Shown: positions 54,532 to 63,636 of the stretch, in pieces
Layout of the letters: every line of letters starts with the position of its first letter
Position numbering within the stretch: position 1 is the first letter of the stretch
Assembly (NCBI GenBank): GCA_017412045.1
Contig: JAFQOX010000128.1
Span: 29,012 to 93,011 of the forward strand
Direction: 5' to 3'
Length of the DNA stretch: 64,000 nt
DNA from: Clostridia bacterium
Lineage (GTDB): Bacteria; Bacillota; Clostridia; Oscillospirales; CAG-272
Notes under the pieces: generated by a model
Databases searched by the model: none
Told to the model about the DNA's origin: nothing
The model's input: the letters and a program-made list of their open reading frames with translations, nothing else
Translations under genes and position numbers: made by a program

Positions 54532-54918
54532 ATGTTGGAAATCAAACCGATTCAGGATAAAAACGAACAGAAAACCTTATGTGAGCTTTGCGGAGCGGCG
54601 TACCGCCCTTCCGCGCTGGCTTACTCTGCCTACGATAACGGCGTGCCGATCGGAATCTGCCAATTTCGTATCGCGGACGATACGGGATATCTTTACAATC
54701 TTTGCAATACGAACGGTACGGACGATCTGGAGGCGTTGATCATTATGGGCCGCGCGGCGCTGAACTTCATTGATCTTTGCGGCGCGCATACGGCGTATTT
54801 TGAGGGGGACAAGACCCGCGCGGCGACCGCCGTCGGCTTCCGTGAAAAGGGCGGTAAGCTCTTTGCCGATCTGACGGGAATGTTCGACAGCCCCTGCAAA
54901 AAGCACAAAGAATCTTAA
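54532..54918 (+). CDS. Hypothetical small protein (possibly GNAT-like fold)
   Basis: 128 aa, coding-like composition; no diagnostic motif recognised. Confidence 0.5.
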   Translation: MLEIKPIQDKNEQKTLCELCGAAYRPSALAYSAYDNGVPIGICQFRIADDTGYLYNLCNTNGTDDLEALIIMGRAALNFIDLCGAHTAYFEGDKTRAATAVGFREKGGKLFADLTGMFDSPCKKHKES

Positions 54919-55005
54919 AAACTCTGTAAAAACAGGTTTACAAAACGGGACGGTTTTGGTATAATAAGAATAAGAAAACGGATCATGCAGATCGGAGGAC
55001 ATACA

Positions 55006-56109
55006 TTGATTATTCAGTTGGAAGAAGCGAAAAGAACGCTTCAGGGAATGAGAGGCGAGATCGCCGAGCTCGGAAATGCTTTGAAAATCGACAAGATCTC
55101 AGAAGAAGCGGAGGAATTGGAGCAGAAAACTCTGGTTCCGAACTTTTGGGATGACGCGGAAAATTCGAGCAAGATTCTGAGAGAATTAAAACAGATCAAA
55201 GATACGATCGAGGAATATGAGAATTTGCAGATTGCCCTGGAGGACGCCATTATGCTGGCGGATATGGGCATCGAGGAAAACGACGAGAGCGTCGTTGAGG
55301 AGGTTCTTTCCGAATTGGAGCAGATTGTGGAAAGTACGGAGCGTATGCGTCTGGAAACCCTGCTTTCCGGAGAATACGACTCCTGCAACGCCATCGTCTC
55401 CCTGCACCCCGGCGCAGGCGGAACGGAGGCGCAGGACTGGGCTTCCATGCTCTACCGTATGTATACGCGCTGGGCGGAAAACCACGGCTTCACGGTCAAG
55501 CTTCTGGAATGGCTTGACGGCGACGAAGCGGGTCTGAAGAGCGCGACCATGCTGGTGGAGGGTAAGCACGCTTACGGATTTTTGAAGAGTGAGCACGGCG
55601 TTCACCGTCTGGTGCGCGTTTCTCCCTTCGATGCTTCCGGCAGAAGACAGACCTCCTTCGCTTCCGTCGAAATCACGCCCGAATTGGACGACAGCGTGGA
55701 TATTGAAATCCGTGAGGAGGATATCGAGGTCACGGCTCACCGTTCCAGCGGTGCCGGCGGTCAGCATATCAATAAAACGGACTCCGCGATCCGTATCGTC
55801 CATAAGCCTACGGGCATCGTCGTCGGCTGTCAGACGGAGCGCAGTCAGCTTCAGAATAAGGAGACCGCTCTCCGTATGCTGAAAAGTAAGCTGGCGGAAA
55901 TCAAGGAAAGAGAAAATCTTGACAGGATCGAGGATATCCGCGGTGAAAAGACGAGAATCGAATGGGGCTCGCAGATCCGTTCCTACGTCTTTATGCCCTA
56001 TACCTTGGCGAAGGATACCCGAACCGGCTACGAGGATGGCAATATCGATTCCGTTATGGACGGCGAAATCGACGGCTTCATCAACGCTTATCTGAAAAGC
56101 AAAGCGTAA
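55006..56109 (+). CDS. prfB: Peptide chain release factor 2, single uninterrupted frame
   Basis: likely TTG 55006, 6 nt after GGAGGA (ATG 54985 also in frame); 'SPF' tripeptide (VSPFD), 'SGAGGQHINKTDSA' GGQ motif. Confidence 0.93.
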   Translation: MIIQLEEAKRTLQGMRGEIAELGNALKIDKISEEAEELEQKTLVPNFWDDAENSSKILRELKQIKDTIEEYENLQIALEDAIMLADMGIEENDESVVEEVLSELEQIVESTERMRLETLLSGEYDSCNAIVSLHPGAGGTEAQDWASMLYRMYTRWAENHGFTVKLLEWLDGDEAGLKSATMLVEGKHAYGFLKSEHGVHRLVRVSPFDASGRRQTSFASVEITPELDDSVDIEIREEDIEVTAHRSSGAGGQHINKTDSAIRIVHKPTGIVVGCQTERSQLQNKETALRMLKSKLAEIKERENLDRIEDIRGEKTRIEWGSQIRSYVFMPYTLAKDTRTGYEDGNIDSVMDGEIDGFINAYLKSKA

Positions 56110-56178
56110 TTTTTGTAAGCATAGCGATGGCAAGCCCATCGCTATCAATAATAAATCATATGAAAAGGGGATCTGATT

Positions 56179-56451
56179 ATGTTTAGGAAAACCAAACTTT
56201 ACGTGGGTGTTTCTCTTCTGGTACAGGCGGTCAGCGCAGTTTTTATGTTCTTTATTCTTTGCGGTAAAAAGAAGAGCCTTGCAGGCGCGTTTATGGCACT
56301 GGCGACCGTGTGCGGCGTTGCCGGCGGCTATCTCCTTTACGATTGCAAAAACGAAGAAATGTTATTTGGCAGCCTCGACAGCGACGAAGATTACGATTGC
56401 TGCGATTGCAGTGAGGATACGGATCTTCCGACAGAGGGCTGTAACCCGTAA
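56179..56451 (+). CDS. Small membrane protein with acidic Cys-rich tail
   Basis: 90 aa; two TM helices; tail 'DSDEDYDCCDCSEDTDLPTEGCNP'; GGGGA RBS. Confidence 0.55.
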   Translation: MFRKTKLYVGVSLLVQAVSAVFMFFILCGKKKSLAGAFMALATVCGVAGGYLLYDCKNEEMLFGSLDSDEDYDCCDCSEDTDLPTEGCNP

Positions 56452-56472
56452 TCATCGGAATTATGGAAAAAT

Positions 56473-56508
56473 AAAACCTCCGACTTCATCGAAGTCGGAG
56501 GTTTTTTT
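56473..56508. terminator. Bidirectional intrinsic terminator (small gene / ftsZ)
   Basis: cctccgacttc/gaagtcggagg stem flanked by AAAA and TTTTTTT. Confidence 0.9.
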
Positions 56509-56514
56509 GGTCAA

Positions 56515-57705
56515 TTATCTTTTTTTATTCAGAATGTTGGAAAGCTCTTCCACATTGCGGGAAGGAACGCGCGCTTCCGACGTGTCGGAAGAAAGCGCGG
56601 AGTATTTGTTCATATTTTCCGTAGAGAATCTATTCATGGTTTCCGTGGAGTATCTGCCCATACCCGTCGTGTCGGAGGTGTGGGGAAATGCCGTTCTGAA
56701 CATATCGGTGTTGGCTTTTTTGCCTGCATCCTGGAAACCGGTTGCGATAACGGTGATTTTGATGGTATCGTCGAGCTTTTCGTCAAAGGCGAGACCCCAG
56801 ATGATCGTCGCTTCGGGATCCGCTTCGTTGGAGATCAGAGCAGACGCGGTTTCAACCTCCTCAAGGCTGATGTCGGGAGATGCCGTAACGTTGATCAGAA
56901 TACCGGTAGCGCCGGAGATTGCGGTTTCGAGAAGAGGACTGGTAACTGCCATCTTCGCCGCGATTTCCGCCTTGTCCTTACCCTTGCCTTCGCCGACGCC
57001 CATGTGAGCGTAGCCTGCTTCCTTCATAACGGAGGAAACGTCTGCGAAGTCCAGGTTGACGATGCCGTGGCTGCTGATCAGGTCGGAGATACTCTGTACA
57101 CCGCGGCGGAGTACGTCGTCGGCTTCTGCGAATGCGTTGGAGAAGGTGATTCTGTTTTCAGAAATCAGCTTCAGTCTTTCGTTGGGGATGACGATCAGGG
57201 AGTCAACGAACTGGCTGAGATTTTCAATACCGAGTTCAGCCTGAACCATACGTCTTCTGCCTTCAAATGCGAAGGGCTTGGTAACGATACCGATGGTCAG
57301 GATTCCCATATCCTTTGCGATCTTTGCGACGACGGGAGCTGCGCCCGTACCGGTGCCGCCGCCCATACCCGTGGTGATAAATACCATGTGAGCGCCGTTG
57401 AGGATCTGCTTGAGATCGTCAATGTTTTCTTCTGCCGCCTGCTGACCGACGTCGGGCTTGGAGCCTGCACCGTGTCCGTTGGTGATTCTTTCACCGATAA
57501 TTACTTTTGTTTTCGCGCGGGATTTCAAAAGAGCTTGTCTATCGCAGTTTATGGTAATAAATTCAACGCCGCGAATATTGGAATCCAACATTCTGTCCAC
57601 AGCGTTACCGCCGCCGCCACCGACACCGATAACTTTAATTTTAACGCCGCTGTCGTAATATTCCTCAGTATCAGCGGGCTCATTCGTGTATCCAAATAAA
57701 TCCAT
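56515..57705 (-). CDS. ftsZ: Cell division GTPase FtsZ
   Basis: 396 aa; '[10 protein letters not shown]', '[13 protein letters not shown]' tubulin signature. Confidence 0.98.
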   Translation of the reverse strand: MDLFGYTNEPADTEEYYDSGVKIKVIGVGGGGGNAVDRMLDSNIRGVEFITINCDRQALLKSRAKTKVIIGERITNGHGAGSKPDVGQQAAEENIDDLKQILNGAHMVFITTGMGGGTGTGAAPVVAKIAKDMGILTIGIVTKPFAFEGRRRMVQAELGIENLSQFVDSLIVIPNERLKLISENRITFSNAFAEADDVLRRGVQSISDLISSHGIVNLDFADVSSVMKEAGYAHMGVGEGKGKDKAEIAAKMAVTSPLLETAISGATGILINVTASPDISLEEVETASALISNEADPEATIIWGLAFDEKLDDTIKITVIATGFQDAGKKANTDMFRTAFPHTSDTTGMGRYSTETMNRFSTENMNKYSALSSDTSEARVPSRNVEELSNILNKKR

Positions 57706-57855
57706 TTCTATATTCCTCCTAATATAATGAACTGAATAACTATATACAATACTATTTTAATCTTTTTTTGTCTGATTTGCAATATGTTTTAAAAAATTTC
57801 TTTGGAAAAATGAAAATAATTTTTCATAAAAATCGCGTTTATCCGTCAAAATCGC

Positions 57856-58641
57856 TTAATTGGCGCCTGTCATCTCAAAAGTAACCTGTTTTGTGCTCCA
57901 TGCGAAAAGCGTTCCCGTGATGCTGGGCATATTTTCACGGAGATAGGCGATGGATTCCTCGCACATGGCAATTTTTTTGGCGAGCTCCTTTTTGTTTCCC
58001 AATCTCAGCGTATAACGGTCGCTCACAAGGGCAGTGATATTGGCTTCCTCGTGAAGATACAGGGAGGTGAGGCAGTCTTTCAAAAAGCTGTTCGTGACGA
58101 TTTTCAGGGTCTCGGCTACAAAAGCATCATTCTCTTTTTCTTCGAACTTGATTTTCTTTCCGATTCCGAATTTATCCTCGTCCATATTGATCTCGGGCAG
58201 CTTCAGCAGGGCGGCGGGATGGGCAGCCGCTTCGGCTTCGGTTATTTTCTCGAGAAGCAAAAGCTCGTCGGACATGAGATAGTATTGATCCAGAATCTGT
58301 ATACAGAAGTAAGGCGTATATTCTTCGATCTCGATCGTGATTTCCGACGGCAGCTTGCGTTTGACCTGAACGGATTTGATATACGGGCTGATCTGTGAAA
58401 CAGCCGCCTCTATTTTTTGCAGATTGACGGAGAAGAGATGCTTGTCCGTTTTGATATTGGCTTTTTCGAGGATGGCGGCTTCCTCCACCTCCTTATGGTT
58501 GTGAACGGTAACGGATTTCACACGGCAGAACCGCATAAAACCATACGTGATCAGAATCGCCGATACCGTCATGATGAAAAGAATGAAAAATCTTCGGCGA
58601 AAGATTTTTCCCGTTGTCGATTTGATGATTTTCGTTTTCAT
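57856..58641 (-). CDS. ftsQ: FtsQ/DivIB-type cell division protein (TM + POTRA)
   Basis: 261 aa; N-terminal TM, POTRA-like 'VKSVTVHNHKEVEEAAILEKANIK'; dcw position. Confidence 0.8.
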   Translation of the reverse strand: MKTKIIKSTTGKIFRRRFFILFIMTVSAILITYGFMRFCRVKSVTVHNHKEVEEAAILEKANIKTDKHLFSVNLQKIEAAVSQISPYIKSVQVKRKLPSEITIEIEEYTPYFCIQILDQYYLMSDELLLLEKITEAEAAAHPAALLKLPEINMDEDKFGIGKKIKFEEKENDAFVAETLKIVTNSFLKDCLTSLYLHEEANITALVSDRYTLRLGNKKELAKKIAMCEESIAYLRENMPSITGTLFAWSTKQVTFEMTGAN

Positions 58642-58686
58642 GGCATCCTTTCCGACCGACGCGAGAAGCGTCGGAGGCTGTTTTCA

Positions 58687-58726
58687 AATATTCCGCATAT
58701 ACGGGGAGCCATATATGCGGAATATT
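58687..58726. other. 15-bp perfect hairpin in the murG-ftsQ spacer
   Basis: aatattccgcatata (58687-58701)/tatatgcggaatatt (58712-58726); U-tract only on the plus (antisense) side. Confidence 0.6.
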
Positions 58727-58740
58727 CGTATTTTTGATTG

Positions 58741-59859
58741 TTAAGCTTTTTCGGCGATGAGGCGGAGGAGATCTCGATAAATATCATCCGCGGCTTCGGG
58801 CTTTGCGAAGGCGCCGATGGATTCGCGGAGGGACGCGGCGGCGCCGTCGTTCTCCAGAATCTGCTGCACGCCGGCCATCAACGCTCCGGGGGTCAGATTT
58901 TTTTCCTCGTACAGGATCGCCGCGCCCGCGTCGGCGAGACGCTTGGCATTTTCGTACTGATGGTTGTTGACGACGTTGGGGGAAGGGATCAGAATGCAGG
59001 CCTTGCCGAGGAGCGCCATTTCCGCGATCGTCATAGCGCCCGCGCGGCAGATCACGGCGTCAGCCGCCTTTTCCCAGAGGGGCATATCGTAGATGTATTC
59101 CAGCAATCGGATATTGGGTTTATCGTCGATGCCGTATTCCTTTGCCATCGCCATGGCGTCTTCATATTCGATCTTGCCGGTGGCGTGGATATGGAAGATC
59201 TCGGGATGATGCGCTGTATAATCGCGCATGAGGGCGAGGACCTCTTCGTTCACGCGCTGCGCGCCCAGGCTTCCGCCGAAGGAAAGGAGGACCTTTTTGG
59301 TATTTGCGGGAATGTTGAGCTTTTGGCGCAGATCCGTTTCGGTTCTGGTGTCGGGCATGGTGATCAGAGGATTTCCCACGCAAAGGATTTTGTCCGTTTC
59401 GGTGAAGTACTGTTCCGTGTTCGGGAAATTGATATAAATACGATCAACGTCCTTTTCCAGCATTTTGACCGCTTTTCCGGGGATGGCGTTGGATTCGTGA
59501 ACGGCGGTGGGAATGCCGAGCTTTGCCGCCGCGTGGAGAAGGGGCCAGGACAGATAACCGCCCGTACCGATCACGACGTCGGGACGGTATTCGAGCAGGA
59601 GCTTTTTGGCTTTGATGGGCGCGGTGAAATAATAGTAGGCGGTTTTGATATTGGAGAGCGAGAGACTGCGGCGCAATCCGCGCATTTCAATATGATAAAT
59701 GGGGTAACCTGCTTTTGCGACGAGGGTATTTTCCATACCCTTTTTCGTACCGATGAATGCGATCTCGGCGTCGGGATTGTGCGCCTTGATGATATTGGCA
59801 ATGGCGATGGCAGGGTTGATATGACCGGCTGTGCCGCCGCCTGCAAGGAGAACTTTCAT
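58741..59859 (-). CDS. murG: Undecaprenyldiphospho-muramoylpentapeptide beta-N-acetylglucosaminyltransferase
   Basis: 372 aa; 'LLAGGGTAGHINPAIA', 'GGSLGA', 'NHQYENA'. Confidence 0.96.
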   Translation of the reverse strand: MKVLLAGGGTAGHINPAIAIANIIKAHNPDAEIAFIGTKKGMENTLVAKAGYPIYHIEMRGLRRSLSLSNIKTAYYYFTAPIKAKKLLLEYRPDVVIGTGGYLSWPLLHAAAKLGIPTAVHESNAIPGKAVKMLEKDVDRIYINFPNTEQYFTETDKILCVGNPLITMPDTRTETDLRQKLNIPANTKKVLLSFGGSLGAQRVNEEVLALMRDYTAHHPEIFHIHATGKIEYEDAMAMAKEYGIDDKPNIRLLEYIYDMPLWEKAADAVICRAGAMTIAEMALLGKACILIPSPNVVNNHQYENAKRLADAGAAILYEEKNLTPGALMAGVQQILENDGAAASLRESIGAFAKPEAADDIYRDLLRLIAEKA

Positions 59860-59883
59860 GACGTAAATTCCTTTCTGATATTT

Positions 59884-61149
59884 TTAGATGAGTTGTCGGG
59901 AGTCTTGCTTGGTTTCGAGGAAATTTTTTTCTCCGGAGGAGAAGCGCGAAATGGAAAGGATGATTCCCATTTCCGCAAGCTGCATGACGAGCGCGGTTCC
60001 GCCGTAGCTGAAGAAGGGGAGCGCGATGCCCGTCGTGGGGATCGTGGTCGTAACGACCGCGATATTGAGAATGGCTTGGATGCTGACCTTCAGCGTCAGA
60101 CCCATGACGAGAAGCGCGGAGAAGGTGTCCGGCGCTTTGGTCGCGATATAGAAGCCTCTCCACATCAGAAGCATGAACAGGGCGATCAGGGTGAATGCGC
60201 CGACCATGCCCAGCTCCTCGCATACGATGGCGAAGATGAAGTCGTTCTGCGGCTCGGGGAGCCAAAGATGCTTCTGATAGCTGTTGCCGAGTCCGACGCC
60301 GAAAATGCCGCCGGAGCCGATGGCGAGCAGGCTGTTATAGGGCTGCCAGCCTTTACCGCCGAGGTCTTTCTCGGGATGGAGCCAGGCATCGACACGCGCC
60401 TTGGTGTACTTCGTGAAGAGAATCAGATACGTTGCTACTGCCGCAAAGGCGCTTCCGACACCGCCGACCCATCGCATATCGGCGCCCGCGATGAAGATCA
60501 TGGATGCGCCGATGAGGAAAAGAATGATGGTTGCGGACATATGCTTTTCGAGCGCGACCGTACCGCATACGAGAATGACGATGCAGGCGGGGCAGAGAAT
60601 GCCGTATCGGAAGGTCTTTGCCTTTTGTTGGAATTTGGATATGTACAGCGCCATCATGAGCACCAGCGCGAATTTCATGACGTCGGACGGCTGGAACTGT
60701 ATGACGATCAGATTGACCCATCGCGTTGCGCCCTTATTGGTGACACCGATTCCGGGAACGAAAACGAGCCACAGCAATACGTAACTGACAGCGAAGATGG
60801 CGGGGGTCGCTTTTTTCAGAAAACCGTAATCCACAACGGACATCACGACCATGGCAATGATGCCGATGGTTGCCCAAATGAGCTGTTTTTTGATAAAGTA
60901 GAAGCTGTCACCCATTTGCGCGCGGGCAAACACGTAGCTTGCCGAGGCGACCATGATCGAACCGTAGCAGACGAGGAGCACGACGATGATGAGAAAGGTT
61001 CTGTCTACGCCCCCGCGCACGCGGTAGACCGTATTCTGATCGGGGGAAGTCAGGGCGTGGAAGACTTCCCAAAACAGATTTTTCTTTTCCGACGATGTGT
61101 GTGGTGGATTGATTTTCGGGGTGCTTTTGGGTTTCGTCGTGTTGGGCAT
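59884..61149 (-). CDS. ftsW: SEDS-family peptidoglycan polymerase FtsW/SpoVE
   Basis: 421 aa; about 10 TM helices; 'QPSDVMKFALV', 'LPEPQNDFIFA', 'TGIALPFFSYGGT'. Confidence 0.93.
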   Translation of the reverse strand: MPNTTKPKSTPKINPPHTSSEKKNLFWEVFHALTSPDQNTVYRVRGGVDRTFLIIVVLLVCYGSIMVASASYVFARAQMGDSFYFIKKQLIWATIGIIAMVVMSVVDYGFLKKATPAIFAVSYVLLWLVFVPGIGVTNKGATRWVNLIVIQFQPSDVMKFALVLMMALYISKFQQKAKTFRYGILCPACIVILVCGTVALEKHMSATIILFLIGASMIFIAGADMRWVGGVGSAFAAVATYLILFTKYTKARVDAWLHPEKDLGGKGWQPYNSLLAIGSGGIFGVGLGNSYQKHLWLPEPQNDFIFAIVCEELGMVGAFTLIALFMLLMWRGFYIATKAPDTFSALLVMGLTLKVSIQAILNIAVVTTTIPTTGIALPFFSYGGTALVMQLAEMGIILSISRFSSGEKNFLETKQDSRQLI

Positions 61150-61167
61150 ATGCGTACCTCGTTTCTT

Positions 61168-62154
61168 TTATAGGAAGAAGAAATAGGAAACGGCGCACAG
61201 CACGGCGGTGATGCAAGCGGCGACGGTGACGATTTTACGTTCGCCCCATCCGCATTTTTCAAAATGATGGTGAATCGGCGCCATTTTGAAGATTCTCTTT
61301 TTGAAAAGCTTGTAGGATCCGACCTGCAAAATGACGGAAACGGTTTCGATCACGTAGATCAGACCAACGATCAGGATCAGCAGAGGATCGTCGGCGAGAA
61401 AGGCAAGTCCGGTGACCATACCGCCGAGGAAAAGGGAGCCGGTATCACCCATGAAGATTCTCGCGGGATTCCAGTTGTAGACGAGGAAGCCGAGCATACC
61501 GCCGAACAGCGCGCCCGCGAAAAGATGGATGGCGCCGCCGAGAGAGAGACCGATCAGAGGGAGACCGAGGAGCGCGAAGAACGCGGCGATCACTGCCGTG
61601 ACCGTGGCGCAAAGACCGTCGATGCCGTCCGTCAGATTGACGCTGTTATCGACGCCGACGATGAGGATGATCGCGAGAGGATAGAAGGCAATGCCGAGGT
61701 CAAATTCGATCTCAGTGAAGGGGATCGGGATCACGGTGTCCATATAACCGAGCGCGCACATCGCACCGATATAGATGGTAGCAACGACGAGCTGGAGCAA
61801 AAATTTCTGATACGCCTTCAGACCTTCGTTTTGTTTTTTAAGCAATTTAGCACGGTCGTCGATGAAGCCGACGGCGGCGAAGAGCGTCGCCATACCCAGC
61901 GTGATCCAGACGGGTGCGAGCGCGTCCCTGTCGATCGCGAAAAAGGAAAGAACGGCTACCGTGAACAGAATTGCCGTGATAAAGAAGATGCCGCCCATGG
62001 TCGGCGTTCCTGCTTTGGACTTGTGCCAACGGGGGCCGATTTCATAGATGGGCTGGTTCATTTTTTTACTGATCAGGAAGGGGATGAATTTTTTGGACAA
62101 AAGCGCGGTGGCGGTAAAAGAGAGCAGCACCGCGAGAATGAAGAATACGAGCAT
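61168..62154 (-). CDS. mraY: Phospho-N-acetylmuramoyl-pentapeptide transferase
   Basis: 328 aa; 'KAGTPTMGG', 'NLTDGIDGL', 'MGDTGSL', 'APIHHHFE'. Confidence 0.97.
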   Translation of the reverse strand: MLVFFILAVLLSFTATALLSKKFIPFLISKKMNQPIYEIGPRWHKSKAGTPTMGGIFFITAILFTVAVLSFFAIDRDALAPVWITLGMATLFAAVGFIDDRAKLLKKQNEGLKAYQKFLLQLVVATIYIGAMCALGYMDTVIPIPFTEIEFDLGIAFYPLAIILIVGVDNSVNLTDGIDGLCATVTAVIAAFFALLGLPLIGLSLGGAIHLFAGALFGGMLGFLVYNWNPARIFMGDTGSLFLGGMVTGLAFLADDPLLILIVGLIYVIETVSVILQVGSYKLFKKRIFKMAPIHHHFEKCGWGERKIVTVAACITAVLCAVSYFFFL

Positions 62155-62203
62155 GATATTTCCTTTCTGTTATAAGTCAACGGATTTTCATTTCTTGTGG
62201 ATT

Positions 62204-63601
62204 TTAAAGCAAACGGACCAGACGCTCCAGCGCGACGGCGCGGCTCGCCTTGAAAAGCACGGCGTCGTTTTCGCGCAGGACGGTTTTCATCAGCGTGACG
62301 GCGGCTTCCGCATCCTCGGCGTTTTCGATCACGAGGATATTTTGAGAAGGCATACCGTTTTGCGCAGCGCCCCGCGCAATCTCGGCGGCGGCGCTTCCGA
62401 AGGTGATCAGACGCTCCACGCCGCATTGGGCGGCGTATTGTCCCACGCCGAAATGCGCTTCGGCGGATGCCGCGCCAAGCTCCTTCATATCGCCGAGGAC
62501 GGCGACGGGACGGCGTTCCTTGACCCTTGCCGTATGGCACAGAACGTCAAGCCCCGCGCGCATGGATTCCGGACTTGCGTTATAGCAGTCCTCGATGACG
62601 GTCATGCCGTTTTTCTCCGAGATGGATTGGCGCATATCCGCAGGCACGAAGTTCAGCAGTCCCCGACGGATATCTTCCTCGGAAATGCCGAGGAGCATAC
62701 CGCAGACGGCGGCGGTCAGCGCGTTGTGGATATGATGCTTGCCGATCACGTCCACGCGGACGTCCTTCATCACGTCCAAGCCGCGCATACGGAGATCGAA
62801 GAGCATACGGTCGCTGAGAATACGGATGTTTTCCGCGCTGTACGTGGCGTTTTCGTTTTCCGCGCCGACGTAGATTTTCGTGAGTCCCTTGGCGGAGACG
62901 TCGCGGAGGAGGGGCTCGTTGGCGTTCAGGATCAGAATACCGCCCTCGCGCATACCGTCGACGATTTCCATTTTCGCATCGCGGATGCCTTCGCGGGAGC
63001 CAAGGTTTTCCATATGCGAGCTTCCGATATTGGTGATGACCGCGATGTCCGGCTCCGCGAGATGGGAAAGATAGGAGATTTCCCCTTTGTGATTCATTCC
63101 CATTTCCAGCAGGAGCGCCCGGTGCTCCGCGTTCAGATTCAGCACGGTCAGCGGGAGTCCGATTTCATTATTGAAATTTCCCTTCGTGACGTTCGTCCTA
63201 TATTTTGTCTCAAGGACGGAAAAAATAAACTGCTTGGTCGTCGTTTTGCCCACGCTTCCCGTGACGGCGAGCGTGATCGGGCGGAAAAGATCTTTGTACG
63301 AGCGCGCGAATGCGCCGAGCGCTTCCGTGGTATTTTTGACGAGGATGCAGGGGATTTCGCAATTTTCGGGAATATATTCCACGACGGCAAAGACGCATCC
63401 TGCCTTTGCGGCGGCGGGAATGAAGCGATGGCCGTCAAAATTTTCTCCCTTGAGCGCGAAGAAGGCGTCGCCCGCCTTGGCGGTACGGGAGTCGATGGAG
63501 ATTCCGTACGCGGACGGCGCCGTATCGGTCTGAGGCGTTCCGTTTACGAATCCGGCGAACGCGGTGATGTCAAGTCCGTTTTTTTCTAAGCTGAAGTACA
63601 T
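62204..63601 (-). CDS. murF: UDP-N-acetylmuramoyl-tripeptide--D-alanyl-D-alanine ligase
   Basis: 465 aa; 'VTGSVGKTTTK' P-loop, 'DCYNASPESM', 'GDMKELG'. Confidence 0.95.
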   Translation of the reverse strand: MYFSLEKNGLDITAFAGFVNGTPQTDTAPSAYGISIDSRTAKAGDAFFALKGENFDGHRFIPAAAKAGCVFAVVEYIPENCEIPCILVKNTTEALGAFARSYKDLFRPITLAVTGSVGKTTTKQFIFSVLETKYRTNVTKGNFNNEIGLPLTVLNLNAEHRALLLEMGMNHKGEISYLSHLAEPDIAVITNIGSSHMENLGSREGIRDAKMEIVDGMREGGILILNANEPLLRDVSAKGLTKIYVGAENENATYSAENIRILSDRMLFDLRMRGLDVMKDVRVDVIGKHHIHNALTAAVCGMLLGISEEDIRRGLLNFVPADMRQSISEKNGMTVIEDCYNASPESMRAGLDVLCHTARVKERRPVAVLGDMKELGAASAEAHFGVGQYAAQCGVERLITFGSAAAEIARGAAQNGMPSQNILVIENAEDAEAAVTLMKTVLRENDAVLFKASRAVALERLVRLL

Positions 63602-63636
63602 GGCAGATTCCTTTTCTATTTTGGGGAATGCGTGGT

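Noticed and set aside
55076-55084. 'ATG CTT TGA' at the position homologous to the canonical prfB +1 frameshift site (CUU UGA).
   Set aside because: It is in the wrong register: a +1 shift from it would not enter the RF2 frame. It has no upstream open frame, because stops occur about 10 and 24 codons upstream in that frame, and no SD-like stimulator. The RF2 frame is continuous, so no recoding is needed.
58738-61173. 811-aa plus-strand ORF spanning the antisense of murG and ftsW. Similar long mirror ORFs occur at 62048..63589, 16197..17711, 47351..48607, 8555..9787, 35286..36077, 1669..2670 and 31859..32611.
   Set aside because: Each lies exactly opposite a gene with unmistakable family motifs. 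The translations are R/G/D/H/F-rich low-complexity with no motifs or RBS. The antisense frame stays open because the sense genes avoid TTA, CTA and TCA codons, whose reverse complements are stops, which is typical of GC-leaning Firmicute genomes.
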